From positions 67,706,001 through 67,770,000 of the forward strand of contig NC_087436.1 of the NCBI RefSeq assembly GCF_036321535.1: 64,000 nt of DNA, read 5' to 3'. Source of the stretch: Camelus dromedarius (taxonomy: Eukaryota). A model generated the notes under the pieces. The model did no database searches and was not told the origin of the DNA. It saw nothing but the letters and a program-made list of their open reading frames with translations. Position 1 is the first letter of the stretch; each line of letters starts with the position of its first letter. This document shows, one piece after another, positions 1 to 12,953 of this stretch. A program made the position numbers and the translations under genes.

Positions 1-1384
1 TAAATTATGGACTTTTGCATGTAAAAAGATATGCTCAAAACATTAAGCCATTAATCGCTTCAACATGACATGCTTTATATTAAATATTTATTATTCAAAT
101 GGAAACAAACCCACTCATGTAATTGTGGTTTTCTATCAAGTGTAGTCTTAAAAAAGGATATCTCAGGATATTTTATATTCCCAAAGAATTCATAAGTATC
201 AAGTGCAAGGAGAAATTTGCTTCCATATTTTTTTAGCAGGATGATGTCAAAATGTGCTGATAAAAGCATCAATTTGGAAGTTAAAAAGCTTCTATTATGT
301 ACTATTTTTATAAACTTCAATAAACCATTTAATCTTACTAATCTTGTTCTGTGCTTATGAAAACAGTGAAGGTAAGAGTAATAGACAGCACAGTTTTGCT
401 GGAAGGATCAAATAAAAATATTTTATCAGCACTATACAAATAGTTAATATTTCACCAGACAGCTCTTTGTAAAGATTGTTGAAGTTCATGCATTTTTTAA
501 AAAAATTACAATGTTGACAATTGATATTTCAGAAAATTGGAAAGTGACTATGAATTATACTTCATTAACAGAAAAATATCACCTTTTCATCACAAAGAGG
601 TAAAACAAATCTTATTTGTAACATAAAAGTTAGATTTTGAAAATCCAGTCCTCAAACCATTCATACACTTGAAATATTCTAAATATAAAAAAAAAAGCCA
701 AAGATTTCCCCATTGTTTGGCAAAGAGCTTAAAAGAAAGAGCTAATGTCATTCTTTGGATCTATCACGTGAAAAAATTCACATAGTTCTAAAACATCCTA
801 CCTTTTAAAATTAGAGGTTTTAGCCTTCAAGTTACAAAAATTCTACTACAGCATTCTTTAGTTATTCAAGTTTATTTGTCTCATAAAAAATAACTGAGTG
901 TAGGTTGTCAGGTTTGGTATGATGGTTCATCAGAGTATCAGTGACCATAAGGTGATTTTGAATTAACTAGAGAGAAAACGTAGATTATTTTTAAAAGACC
1001 AACCATTATTCAATACCTGACTTCCCAATAATTGCTCAGTAGCAACAAGGAAAACTGAGGATGGTGGGAAATATCCCCAACCTATTGAGAAAAGTCTAAT
1101 GTGTCCCATAAATTACACAACTGAGAAAATATTTCAAGAATTAGAGTAATTTAAAAAAGCACTTTCAGATTTACAAAGCAGTGTGTAACTAATAAACCCT
1201 CCCTGGGAAAATTCCTAAGGAAGGTGGAAGGTTAACTATCGCATATGGAAGTTCAGTGGTGCAGGAGGAAATAATGAAAGCAGTAAGTATGAAAAAAAAT
1301 TAGTTGAGGGAAAAAATGAAATGAAAAATAAGTAGCTATTCAAAAGTAGAAAAACAGAGGGAAGAGGAAAGGATGGGATAAACA

Positions 1385-1950
1385 TAACCAAATAAGGTCT
1401 TAGAAATTAATCCAACTATATCACTAGTAATGGTAAATGAAATGATTATATATATATATATACATATATACATACATACATACATACTTCGGTCAAAGAA
1501 AATGTTACATTGGATAGAATATGAAATCCAGCTTGATATTGCTTACAAGAAACAGAATTAAAATGTAAGTAAACTGAAGGAGTAAAAGAGTGGGAAAAAT
1601 ACCAAGTAACTATAATAGAAAGAATGCAGGAATAGTTACATGAATTTCAGACAAAATAAATGTTATAAAACATTACTAGAGAGAGGGTCATTACTTAATG
1701 ATAATGGCTTATTCATCAGAAGATGCAATAATTCCTACAACATACACCCTCAGTAACAAATTTTATACACAGACACACACACACACACAACCTCACAATT
1801 GTAAGGACAAATAGTAAAATCCACATAATACTGGGAAATTTAAAAAGAAATCATTCTTAAAATATGATGGATTAGCAGGTAAAAATTTCAATAAGCATGA
1901 AGAATATTTGAACAAGCCAATGAATAAGCTTCATCTATTACACATACTAC
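1385..1950 (+). mobile_element. Ancient L1 fragment, ORF2 endonuclease region (decayed)
   Basis: Motifs such as 'ttgcttacaagaaaca', 'tttcagacaaaataaa' and 'gagggtcattacttaatgataa...ttcatcagaagatgcaataattcct' resemble the start of L1 ORF2; no open frame remains. Confidence 0.7.
1447..1487. repeat. (TA)n/(TACA)n microsatellite
   Basis: Read directly from the sequence. Confidence 0.95.
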
Positions 1951-1959
1951 ACATAACTG

Positions 1960-2400
1960 TACTGGTTATCAGTCGCTGTGGGTAAGGATTTCAGACAAGG
2001 GTAAAATGGAGACAGTTTATCTCTGCTTCAAAGTGTCTGAGGTCTCATGTGAAAGATCTCAAGGCTGGGGAACAAAATGATCTTGTTGATCATTGGCACA
2101 AAAATCTTAAAGGTGATTTCTCCAGGGGTCTAGCTTCAGCTGTCAGAGGGGAAATCTACACGTCGTTCCCATGTGGTCAGACTTATCTCAAAACACTGTG
2201 ACTGGGTTAAAGGTCAACTGCGCAGAGATGAAGGGACAAAGAGAGATGCTGAGAGTGAGAGAGGCAGGAGCTGTCATGTCTGTTATCATGTAGCCTTAGC
2301 ATGATTTCTGCCACATACCACTGGTCAAGGAAGTTACGTCTGCACAGATTCAAGGAGATGGAACATAGACCCACCTTTGATGGAAGAATGTCAATATTGC
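1960..2400 (-). mobile_element. MaLR (MLT1-type) solo LTR, old
   Basis: 'gtttatctctgcttcaaagtgtctgaggtctc', 'cagattcaaggagatggaacatagacccacctttgatggaagaatgtcaa' resemble the MLT1 reverse strand. Confidence 0.6.
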
Positions 2401-2422
2401 ATTATAAGATCATGTGGGATAT

Positions 2423-2473
2423 TCTCTCTCTTTCCCTCTTTCTCTCTCTATAGATAGATATAGATCGATAGAT
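2423..2473. repeat. (TC)n followed by (TAGA)n compound microsatellite
   Basis: Read directly from the sequence. Confidence 0.9.
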
Positions 2474-2796
2474 CAGTGTGGTTGATAGAAAAGAACAAAA
2501 TAAACCAAAAAGCTAGCAAAACCACGTATGTTTTGATACTAAGTAAAATAATTCTAAAGATATCTTTATGTATTGAACAAGTAATCATTTTGAATATAAG
2601 ACAATTGTTAGACTTAATTAATAAGATATTGTTATGCCTTGGCAATAACCATTGGATAACCACAGATATAACCTCCCTAGACAGACCTCTTTTCATGGTA
2701 CTCTGATTCATTCTTTAATGGTTTCCATGTCTAAAAATGTGAAACCGTATTTCTCATCTAAATCAAGTCTTCTATAATTTTAGCTTAAACTTTATT

Positions 2797-2830
2797 TATA
2801 TGTGTGTGTGTGTATATATATATATATATA
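2797..2830. repeat. (TG)n(TA)n microsatellite
   Basis: Read directly from the sequence. Confidence 0.95.
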
Positions 2831-2989
2831 ATTTTATTTCTACTCCTCCTTTCTGTGTGCCTCTTATTTTGTACAGACTTTAGAGAGATCTACACAGGCC
2901 AGGTTTTGTCTTTCTATTTTCAATTACACATTTCTCTATATGGAGTATTTCTCTCCACCATATCCACCAACTAAATTCTACCCATTTTA

Positions 2990-3275
2990 CAAGATCTATC
3001 TCTAATTCTGCCTCCTCAGAGAAATTCTCTGTGGTCCCTCCAACCCCAGGTAAAATTAGTTTTCTTCTTTCTTTTACAAGACAAGAATACATGTTTTAAA
3101 AAACCTGTTCATTAGCAGATTTCACTTACTACTCTGTTTATTATTTTCATTTGTTTGTTTTTGACTCCAGTGTTTCAAGGTCAGACCGCATGCACTATTC
3201 AACTTACATTCACATAAAGCATCCACTGGAAGTTCAGGTATGTAAGACAGGATCAATTAATATTTGTTAAGTTAA
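2990..3275 (+). mobile_element. L2 3' fragment
   Basis: 'ctgcctcctcagagaaattctctgtggtccctcc' and terminal 'caattaatatttgttaagttaaat' resemble the L2 3' end. Confidence 0.5.
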
Positions 3276-4679
3276 ATATATTTAACTTTTATATTCAACA
3301 TATACTCTCAGTACTTGGAAATAAAATCAGTGTTCTTCACAAGGTACAGTTCTAACTTCCCCAACATCATAATATATAGAGAACTCTTTAGTTTGAAGCT
3401 TTATTATTCTCCCCTCTCCCTTTTTCCCTCCATCATAAAACAATTTAAAAAACAGCATATTTACTCTTTGTCTTTTGACCAGCCACAAAAAGTCTGGTGT
3501 AACACCACAAGAAGAGAAAGTAACGTACTCTAACCTGAGTTTATATAACCTCATTACTAGCTTGTAGAAATAAATGGTAAATTTGATAGGTAAATTTGAT
3601 ATACACAACTTACAAGAACAGTAAAACCAAAAGGGTTCAAGTTTGACCTGTTTAATTTCTAACTGGCATCTATCTTACCCACACTTGCACACCTTTTGAA
3701 ACACTTTACCTGTTGCTGCTAGATTACTTCTTCCAATGGCATAAGAAACTACATAGAATAAGTGATGACGATTACTGAACAATGCAAAAATCTCAGCTAT
3801 TTTCTTAAGCTGTATTTTTTTTTTTTTTGTAAAATGTCCTCTGATATTCAAATTTCTTCTAGGAAGGAAAGCTTCATTTAGCTACACAGTCATCAGTGTT
3901 TTGCTCTTTGCCCAGTGTGGTCCTTCTTGGCAGACAGAAGAGACTGTGCATTGTCTAGTAGGGGGTTTAATTTCAGAAGTTTTCAGTAGATTTACCACAG
4001 CAACTGGAAGAAAGAAACCCATTTGTTTCCTGGAGGCATGATCTAGTCCCAGAGCTCTGTGATGTGAGGCATCAGAGGATGGTCTAGTAGGCCAAATGGA
4101 CTTTAGCACTTCATCTCTTTTCATACAAATGCAGAGGACAATTATTCCCTCAGGTTATAAACTCTTTTATTTTCACCTTCACTGATTCACTATTAGTTGC
4201 GCAAATCAAAAGCAGGGTATCTGTCTGCCTCTGTTTTTGAAGCTGTGCATCCTGTTTTCATTATGCTGTTTTAAAAAAGTTATTCTCCATAGAGCTGTTT
4301 GTCTTTGAGGACATGTAAAAAAATTAACTTAACACCCCATATTGGTATTGAAGCAGTTAGTGCAATTATATTATAAATTTCCTGCTGAATTTGATAGATT
4401 CATTATTATTATTATTAATTGACAACATAAAATAATACACTGCACAAATAACTGCCACGTATTTTTTCAGTATCAGTTATTAACTAGTAAATGAAACATG
4501 GGAAGAAAGTGGTGGCTAGGTCCTTAAATTCAGATGACAGAAATATTCCATGTTTCTTCTGATTGTAACTTTTGGTTTAAACAACTATTAATTTATCAAC
4601 AAGGATGTAAATATAGGCTGTACATATAAATTGAAATGCAAAGGATGACCTAAAACTTATGTTCTATCAAGTCTTCATT

Positions 4680-4885
4680 CTAAGCAATTTTTACATGTTA
4701 ATTCATTAATAGAAACATTAGAAAGTAGAGATTATCATCTATGTTGCCATTATCATTTACAGATGAGGAAATGAAACTACAGAATTGTTAACTAATTTGC
4801 CTAAATCATACACATAAGAAACCACAGCACGTGAGGTGCAGATCCTGTCAGTCTGCCTCTAGAGCCTGTGCTCCTGACCATCGCA
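4680..4885 (-). mobile_element. MIR SINE
   Basis: MIR core 'catttacagatgaggaaatgaaactacaga...aatttgcctaaatcatacac' and 'ctctagagcctgtgctcctgacca'. Confidence 0.7.
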
Positions 4886-5734
4886 TCCTACCGAGTCCTT
4901 CCATCTCTCTCTCTCATGCTGCCACGTAGCTATATTAGGTAAGCCCTTCTCTATCATTTTCAGGGATGCCTCCCTGTGAAAAATCAGAAACTGATCAGTT
5001 TCAATGACTTACAAGTGGGAATTCTGTACCTTGACTTCATGGTGCAAAGAACTATTAGAATAGGAATCTGTTATCTTTGTAAATGTATATAATTAGGATT
5101 GAAACTTTGTAGATTGAGATATTATGATAGCTTTATTCAGAAAATCAAACTATTTATTAACCAGTAATAAAAATCAAAAGCTTTTTTGTTAAATAGAAAT
5201 ATATACATAATAAAATATATTTTAGAGTACTTGAATCTGATTTTGGACCAATTTTTTTCTTTCATCTATTCTGAGATGAAATTCAGCTATTATTCATGAT
5301 TACTCTAGCACATATCCATGCATATTTGTATGGCGTGTATTTGTTTGACAGTGTTTTTATTGAAATAGGTTCCCTTCCATACATTCTTAATTGATGATAC
5401 ACTAACAGAAATGGCAAAAAATGGAAATGATAAACCAAACTATTAGGGTTTATCTCCATTGATTTTTTTCAAATTGTCGTTAGGAAGAACTTAGGAAATT
5501 TCTGTGCAGCAGGAGGCTCTCCTCCTCATTGCTGGGAAACAGTCATTTGTGATTATTTCAAGGCATTGCCACCTGGAGTAGAAAATGCCTTTCTAAGCCA
5601 AGGTGCCAGATTAGACAGATCACTTCACTTCAAGTCCAAACATCTGCTGAGACAAGGTTGTGTGTGCTGTGAAGTTCTATTGGCTGCATTTCTAAGAACG
5701 TGCTTTTCAAACTTGCATGTGCCAATTAGTCCAT

Positions 5735-5830
5735 AAAGTATTTATTGAGTCTCTAATATATTCAGAACACTGCAATAGTCACTGTGGGGAAACAAAAGGT
5801 AGTACAGAGTTTACAGTCTATCTACCTTTC
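5735..5830 (-). mobile_element. L2 3' tail fragment
   Basis: 'aagtatttattgagtctctaatatattcagaacactg' is the typical reverse-strand L2 end. Confidence 0.5.
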
Positions 5831-7896
5831 TAAAGAGTTATTTCTAATCTAAGGTTAGAAATAGTTTCAAGCATAAAACAGATGTGACCTTGTCCCTAAG
5901 GAACTTAAACATAATAGGCACTTCTGATTCAGAAGCTGAATGAAGTACAGAATCAGAGACTGTCTAGTTAAGAGTCTGCACAGTGCAGTTGTTCCTTCTG
6001 CAGTATAATACTATCTAAATTATGCTTGAATAAATCTCATAATATCTGTATCTACCTAATAGGAAACTAACTCATTCTTTTGAGGAGGTCTAATTATTAA
6101 GAATCCGTTACATCACTTGTACTTATTGGTCCTTTGATAACAAAAATAGGAGAGACAGCATCTTTTCAAATATCTGAAGCTCCCTCCTCCCTAAAAATAT
6201 GCCCTTTACTTATTCTCTGAGCTCTGCTCTCTCATGCCTTCGCTCAATCCTCTGAAGTGACTTTTCAGCACAGGTTTATTTTCTTTTCATTTAACTCTCT
6301 TCCAGGCTTTAGGCTAATTAAAGGTCAACCCACCTAACACATAACATACTTACTTTCAAACAATTACCTATCCGGATTCTTCATTTTTAGTGAGACAAAA
6401 TGCAAAATTCATGAGTCAACTAGGGTTCACTTTGCATTTTTTTTCTTCCTGAGATACATTTTCTGAATGAGGATAGTTTATACAGAAAACCTAGAGGCAC
6501 ATGAAAGATTTTGTTCAATTCTCACAAGAGGGAATAAGAGCCCCTAAGACTCTTAAAATAATTCAAAGCCAAATAATTCTTTGTCATGGCAAAACTAGGA
6601 GGGTAGAGTTGGGCTTGAAAAAAAAGTTGAATTAATGATACATGATCAGTTTTCTTTGCATGGTTTTGGTGATAGCAGCTGCGGTTTGAGAAGCTGCTTT
6701 CAAGAAGGGTCAGGGTGTAGAGTGTGCTGGGTAAGATGTGGTGAAGTTAACAAAAATAATTCAAATAACATAATTCAGGCTCTTTACTGCACCCTGTCTT
6801 ATCTGTTAAACCAGAGTATAGTAGGATTGGATGACCAGCACAAATACTGGCCAAGGACAGTCTCAAAGAATTAGCCAGTTTGCCTAGACAGGGTAGGAGG
6901 CTGTTCCTTTCTAAACTGCAACAAACAAGTCCAAACAACTCCAGGTTCCTGACAAGCCATTGTCTTAATGGTCAATTGCTTTCTAAGGCAGTTTGTCATT
7001 GTCCTGCAAAGATATGGTGGCAAGAGGAAAAAAAGGAAAAAAATGAGAACTAGATCTTAACTTCAGTTTCTCTCAGAAGAAATGTTTAACATCTACTACT
7101 GTGAGTTTTCAGAAACCTATGTATTTAACAAATTTCCAAGTTATTTCTTGTTATTTTATTGAACTCCATAACTTTCTACCTTCATATTTAAATGTTATAT
7201 TTTAGGTTCTGAGATTGCAACATAAATTTTCTGAAAATCATTACTTCATCACTGAATCCTAACTTCAAGTATGTGTTTCCTAGTTTCAGCATAGTTTCTT
7301 TTCGGGGAAGTTTTAAGTTGTAGTTTTCCACTTTTAAAAAGAAAATATTCCATCTTTGTAGAAATTCATTGAGTTTCTTAATTTCATTGTGCTTAAGAAT
7401 AACAGAGAAACACTTCATGATATAGGAAACAAAGAATATAGTATTTTGATCTGAATCCCTATCTGGATGTCTGATTCTGTTTCTGTTCTCTCTGAATACC
7501 ATGTTTTCTTTCTGAGAAGAGACTGACAGGTCTATTTAATCTTTTATATTGGCCACAGTGATAACTTCCTATTCAATATTTCATACCGTTGTCCTGATAA
7601 AGAACATAAGACATTATGCAAAACTTGGCACAAATTTGATTCAGGAGAGCATCTGCTGAAAAATAAAGCACTTGAGAGCCCGGAACTTAGCACACAGCAG
7701 TGCTCTGGAGAAGACAACTTATGTCATTCAATGATATTACTGTGGGCTCCTGTAATGAACTTCTACTGTTATCCTGACACTGAACCTCTGTGTCCCAGAT
7801 GCTGGGTGATCTGGGAGTGACATGGCAAATCTTCCACAGAGTTTTCCTAAGGACATTGCTCCATTTATAACTGTTTAATAAATAAAGAGTTTCTTA

Positions 7897-8085
7897 GGGA
7901 GAGAGGGTATAGCTCAGTGGTAGATCGCATACCTAGCAGGAGTGAGGTCCTGGGTTCAATCCCCAGAACCTCAATCAATCAATCAATAAACCTAATTACC
8001 TCCTCTTCCCCCTCAAAAAAGGTATGCATGATTGTATGTATGTACATAGGTACATATTAAAAAATAAAATAAAATAACATCTTTT
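7897..8085 (+). mobile_element. tRNA-Ala-derived SINE (camelid vic-1-like)
   Basis: A box 'tagctcagtgg', B box 'ggttcaatcc', tail motif 'aaacctaattacctcc'; flanking repeat aaagagtttctt (7884-7895) / aaaaagtttctt (8086-8097). Confidence 0.9.
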
Positions 8086-8676
8086 AAAAAGTTTCTTTTA
8101 CTCAGTTTCAGGACATTACAGCAAAGTCAACCTTTAAATGTTTATCAGTCTCATAACACATCTAATACATCATAATGATATTAGAGTGAACAGTACTTAA
8201 TTGGGGGAAATAATCTTGCTGTAAAAATGTGATTTTTCAAAAAAACCAAAATTATAATCCTTGAAATAACTTAGATACCTCTAAGAGCATCACTTCTACC
8301 TGGAGACAGAAACAATACTCTATGGTGATTCCACATTATTTAAGTCATTGTTTTAAATTGTAAAAAATACACTGCAAATCTCCTGTGGTATACTGTGATG
8401 ACCTTCTAAGAATTCTTTCTTAGAACCTTCTACTGGTTCTCTTTTCTGAAGAAACCATTCACTATCATTAAGGTGAAATGAACTCACTCTTGCAGTACGG
8501 TATCCTCCTACCTATAAAATTATGATAATGAAGTTAACTTTCCCCTTTAAAGATACTGGGGTAACAATAATCTAAATATTTACTCTGGCCAGTATTCTCA
8601 TGAAACTAAGAAATCTTCTAATAATGAGTCCAAAAAAATACTGAACACAAGAATATGATATCAGAAAGAGCATTGC

Positions 8677-8700
8677 AAAAAAAAAAAAAAAAAAAAAAAA
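8677..8700. repeat. Poly(A)24 tract
   Basis: Read directly from the sequence. Confidence 0.95.
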
Positions 8701-10384
8701 GTGTGGAAAACAGCCATTACCAGAATCAGAATGAAAAAGGATGCTGTGTTGAAATTTAAAATTTAAAAAAATGGATGGAACAGTCTTGATACTTGTTAAA
8801 TTTGAGACAGATTTCTAGAGGGAGTGCCTATGTAAGAGGATTATACTTATTCACGGATATGCTCAAAATGGTAGGTAAGAGACAACTCCGATGTTTTAAA
8901 AATCCACTTAGTGATCACATACACACGGAAGTTAAAGACACAATTTAGGCTAATTTCATAACCAAAAATAATGAACAGTTAATAAAACAGTGTTTCTGTT
9001 ATATTCAATAAGCTTAGACTTTAGGACACTGCATATACTGTTAGCCTCTCCAATGAATTCAAAATTACATCAGAGTATGTGCTGTGCAATCAAACAAAGC
9101 TAGGTTCAAATTCAAGGCCTACTTTTTACTGAGAGTGCAATTTTACCGACTGGAAATTCAATTATCTTACGTGCAAAGAAGAAAAATACTATAAAGAAAG
9201 TAACATACTTGAGAGATTTTTTTCCCAAACATACTATTTGGTGCAGAAGTAGGTGACTATAAATCATAATCACTAAGCAATCATGAACTTTGTAGTGTTT
9301 TACATATTTCAACATGTTCTTCTGGTTATTGGCTTAGTTTCATATATAAAAATGATGAAATTATAGAATATGATGTATATGTTCAGCATTCTTTGTATTT
9401 CTATTTAAATATGTAAAGATGTAATACATATTTTCTATACGCAAAGGTTGAAGTAGTCATTCTTAGTATTTCAGCAGAATTTAAAAATGTATTAACTCCT
9501 CAGAGATTTTCACAAAATGCATTTCATAGCCTAGAATTGTTAGAAATAGAAAAAACTGGTTTTAATAATAAGAAAAGATGTATACTATAATTAACAGCAG
9601 TTTTCTTCTAGAGTCAGGTGAATTAAATTAGCAACCCCAAGATTTACTAAACCACATCAACTAAACCCAGCATTGGTCTTTAATGAATATTGGGGCTGAG
9701 TAAACCTTGACTGTAGAAATCCTAAAATATAAGGTATACCTATACACACATATTTATACATTAATAGATCCCTATTTCAATACATCTTGAGTTCATTATA
9801 AATTTTAATAAAGCTTATCTATATTAATCACTCAAATTGTAGTTTAACTCCAAAAGTGTGGTTGATTTTATCTATAAAGAGGTTAAAGAGGACTAAGACC
9901 TTATGTGAAGGACAAACTGTTGTTAGTTTAGATTGAGGAAATACTCAATGAAATTATCAGGAATCCAGAGGCTAAGAAAGAAATTAATGAGGCTTGTGCA
10001 TATAATACTCTGTTCTAGGAGTTAGTTTTGTGTAAATAATCAAGCATCAGTTCATAGGTAAAAAAAATTTATATGATCAGAAAACAAGAGAGGAATGGAT
10101 GCTAATAATGCTGGAGAATAAGAAAGCTTTTTCCAGAGTTGTGAACTCTGCTGTCTGAGAGATGTGAAAGACATGAAGACATAACCTGCCCAACTGCGTT
10201 TTAAATGGGACCAGGTAATGAGAAAATATTTCTGGGTTAGTGAGGAGGACTAGAGCTGAACTAAATCTAACAGAAGAATAAAGCAGAGGTCTCAGAAACA
10301 AAAGAAATTTCCAGGAAAAAACCCAGATATAAGAAACAAGTGAGAGCCTGTCTCATAAAACCATGGCAGGCAGTCAATAAGAAC

Positions 10385-10525
10385 TGTTGTAAGTAAGTTT
10401 ATTTGTATCATTTTTTAAGATTCCGCATTTGAGTTGTATCATATGATATGTATCTTTCTTTCTTCACTCAGTATGATAATCTCTAGGTCCATCCATGTTG
10501 CTGCAAATGGCGTTATTTCTTTTTT
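10385..10525 (-). mobile_element. Inverted 5' segment of a truncated L1 (ORF2 end/3' UTR start)
   Basis: Reverse complement reads 'gccatttgcagcaacatggatggacctagagattatcatactgagtgaag...', similar to + strand L1 copies at ~11985 and ~62880. Confidence 0.85.
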
Positions 10526-10535
10526 GTTGTTGTTG

Positions 10536-10748
10536 TTACAAAACAGAAACAGACTCACAAAGAAAACAAACTAATGGTTATCAAAGGGGAAAGGGGGTAG
10601 GAGAGGGATAAACTAAAAGTTTAGGACCAGCAGAGAAACACTACTACGTTTAAAATAGATAACAACAAGGTCCTACTGTATAGGACAGGGAACTATATTC
10701 AACATGCTGTTAAAAATTATAATGGAAAATAACCTGAAAAAGAATCTG

Positions 10749-10813
<65 letters not shown>

Positions 10814-10915
10814 ACACATATATATATAAATATATATAATAACTGAATCATTTCGCCATACACAAGAAACTAATGCAACATTGTAAATCAACTATACTTC
10901 AATAACAAAAAAAAG
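10536..10915 (+). mobile_element. L1 3' UTR with A-tail (non-inverted segment)
   Basis: 'ttacaaaacagaaacagactcac...ttgtaaatcaactatacttcaataacaaaaaaaa', homologous to 12120-12430 and 63020-63325. Confidence 0.9.
10748..10838. repeat. (TA)n(CA)n(TA)n compound microsatellite inside the L1 3' UTR
   Basis: Read directly from the sequence. Confidence 0.95.
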
Positions 10916-11192
10916 AAATAAATTTTGGAACTACTTCTTAAAGACTAGGACAGCTCTATTTCATTAATGTGTAGTCAAGTTTGAGGTCATGGGATGAGGA
11001 AAGTGAGTATAGCAGCATAGTTTAATCTGAGGATTAGCAGAAGAGTCTGAATGTGACAGTTGAAGTTGGGGTGTTGCTGGTTATCGTCTATGAAGTAAAT
11101 GTTCATGTCATGTAATATTGTGAATCTCTATCTCTGAGGGAATGTTCAAAGAAAGCGAGACCCACTAAATGGTTCTAGACAGGAAAACAACA

Positions 11193-11378
11193 CAGCTAAC
11201 CCTTGAACAAAGTGGGGATTGGGGCAGTAATCCTTAGTCACTGTTTCTCTCTATTCATGGTTCCACTTCTGCAGATTTAGTCAATCACTAAATGTGTAGT
11301 ACTATAGCATTTACAATTGAAAACTATTCGCCTATAAGTGGTCCTAAACAGTTCACACCTGTGTTGAAGAGTTAACTG
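11193..11378 (+). mobile_element. Tigger2-derived MITE (TcMar-Tigger)
   Basis: TIR-like ends cagctaacccttgaacaa ... gtgttgaagagttaactg followed by TA; right half is similar to 49410-49490. Confidence 0.75.
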
Positions 11379-11934
11379 TACATAAATGAAGTTCAAGGAG
11401 GGGTAGGTATTGGACCCATCAAAAGTTGTGTACCAGGTGGCAGTACCCAACACTGGGTGAGCTGGGATGGCAAATGTTTGCCTGCTGACAAAGAAGGAAC
11501 TGGCTCTGTATCACTCCCTATAAGGAACCCTGCAAGACAGTATCCAAACCAGATGTTAGGAGATAAAATGTCCAGTCCAAAAAGTAGAGGAAAAGGAAAA
11601 GAAATACTGGCTCTCTGAAACTACAAATAATGGTAGCCCGAGATATATTCGAACTGGAAAGGAGCTAACATCCAAAGCAGCTTAATTTTAAACTTGTCTG
11701 AACTTGGCTGGAAGGCTAAAGGAAACAACAAAGAAAAATGAAGCACCCTTCTGAAGAAATAATATAACAGGAAGAAATACTTCTGCTCTCATTAAAGTAA
11801 CTGAAGTCCCTCAAGGGCTAGGACATTCAAATTTCTGAAAGGTAAGAATGAGTTTGGGGGAGACCCACACTGCAAAGATATTGCTTAGATACCAGGCATT
11901 ATGAATGTCAAAGCTCAAAGCATCTTCAGGTCAG

Positions 11935-12430
11935 ATTTATACAATTGAATACTACTCAGCCATAAAAAAGAATAAAATAATGTCATTTGCAGCAACATAG
12001 ATGGACCTAGAGATTGCCATTCTAAGTGAAGTAAGCCAGAAAGAGAAAGAAAAATACCATATGATATCACTCATATGTGGGATCTAAAAGAAAGAAAAAA
12101 AGAAGACACTAATGAACTCGTCTACAAAATAGAAACAGACTCATAGACAAAGTAAATAATCTTATGGTTACCAAGGGAAAGGCGGTGGGAAGGGATAAAT
12201 TTGGGAGTTTGAGATTTGCAAATGTTAGCCACTATATATAAAAACAGATAAAAAATGTATTTCTTATGTACAGCATAGGGAACTACATTGAATATCTTAT
12301 AATAACCTTTAATGAAAAAGAATATGAAAATGAATATATGTATGTATACGTATGACTGGGACATTGTGCTGTGCATCTGAAATTGACACATTGTAACTGA
12401 CTGTACTTCAATAATAAATAAATTTTTAAA
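11935..12430 (+). mobile_element. 5'-truncated lineage-specific L1 (3' end)
   Basis: L1 ORF2 end plus 3' UTR; 18-bp TSD aaagcatcttcag(g/a)tcag at 11917-11934 and 12431-12448. Confidence 0.95.
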
Positions 12431-12953
12431 AAAGCATCTTCAGATCAGGTCAGAAAACTGCTAATAATGAATCTCCACTTGAGACAAAGTAAGGACCAAA
12501 AAAATTCCTTCCACTGGATGTGGGATCTTTAGAGTGAAAGGATATAGTCCCAGTCTTTGTGGTGCAGTGCTAAAAGGCCAGGAGATTTGACTAAGAACTG
12601 GAAAAGTCAGAGACTAGCAAAAAAAAATAAGGATGGGTCTGTGAATGAACACATTTAATTTGAGGGGTAACTGCTTTAATTGAGGATTGACTGTTAACAG
12701 AAGATCACGGTTGTATCATCATTTAGGAAGGAAATGCTCACAAGCAAAATAAATTAAAAGTGAGATGGATATTAAAATATTAGAAGAAGAAAGCCTTCAG
12801 AAAGCACTGTGGCTGGAGTGACAGTACAATTATCTAGTCATCTATTTATTCAAATTTACTCTTTCAGAAATATCTGTCTTGACCTTTTGTGAGAAGGCAA
12901 TATGATGAGGGGATTCAACTCTGACTATCTCCATTTCAACATGGTACCTGTGG

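Noticed and set aside
1017..1081. Minus-strand AG...GT pair enclosing 65 nt
   Set aside because: Weak donor (gtattg), length not a multiple of 3, expected by chance.
7897..7975. Possible tRNA-Ala gene (also 29690-29762)
   Set aside because: Acceptor stem is broken, and both copies have a SINE tail and TSDs.
8677..8700. Poly(A)24 as the tail of a processed pseudogene
   Set aside because: No poly(A) signal, recognisable body or TSD found upstream.
10673..10891. Hydrophobic ORFs here and at 12122-12391, 29121-29306, 49604-49846, 62556-62777, 63131-63313
   Set aside because: Antisense translations of L1 sequence or microsatellites.
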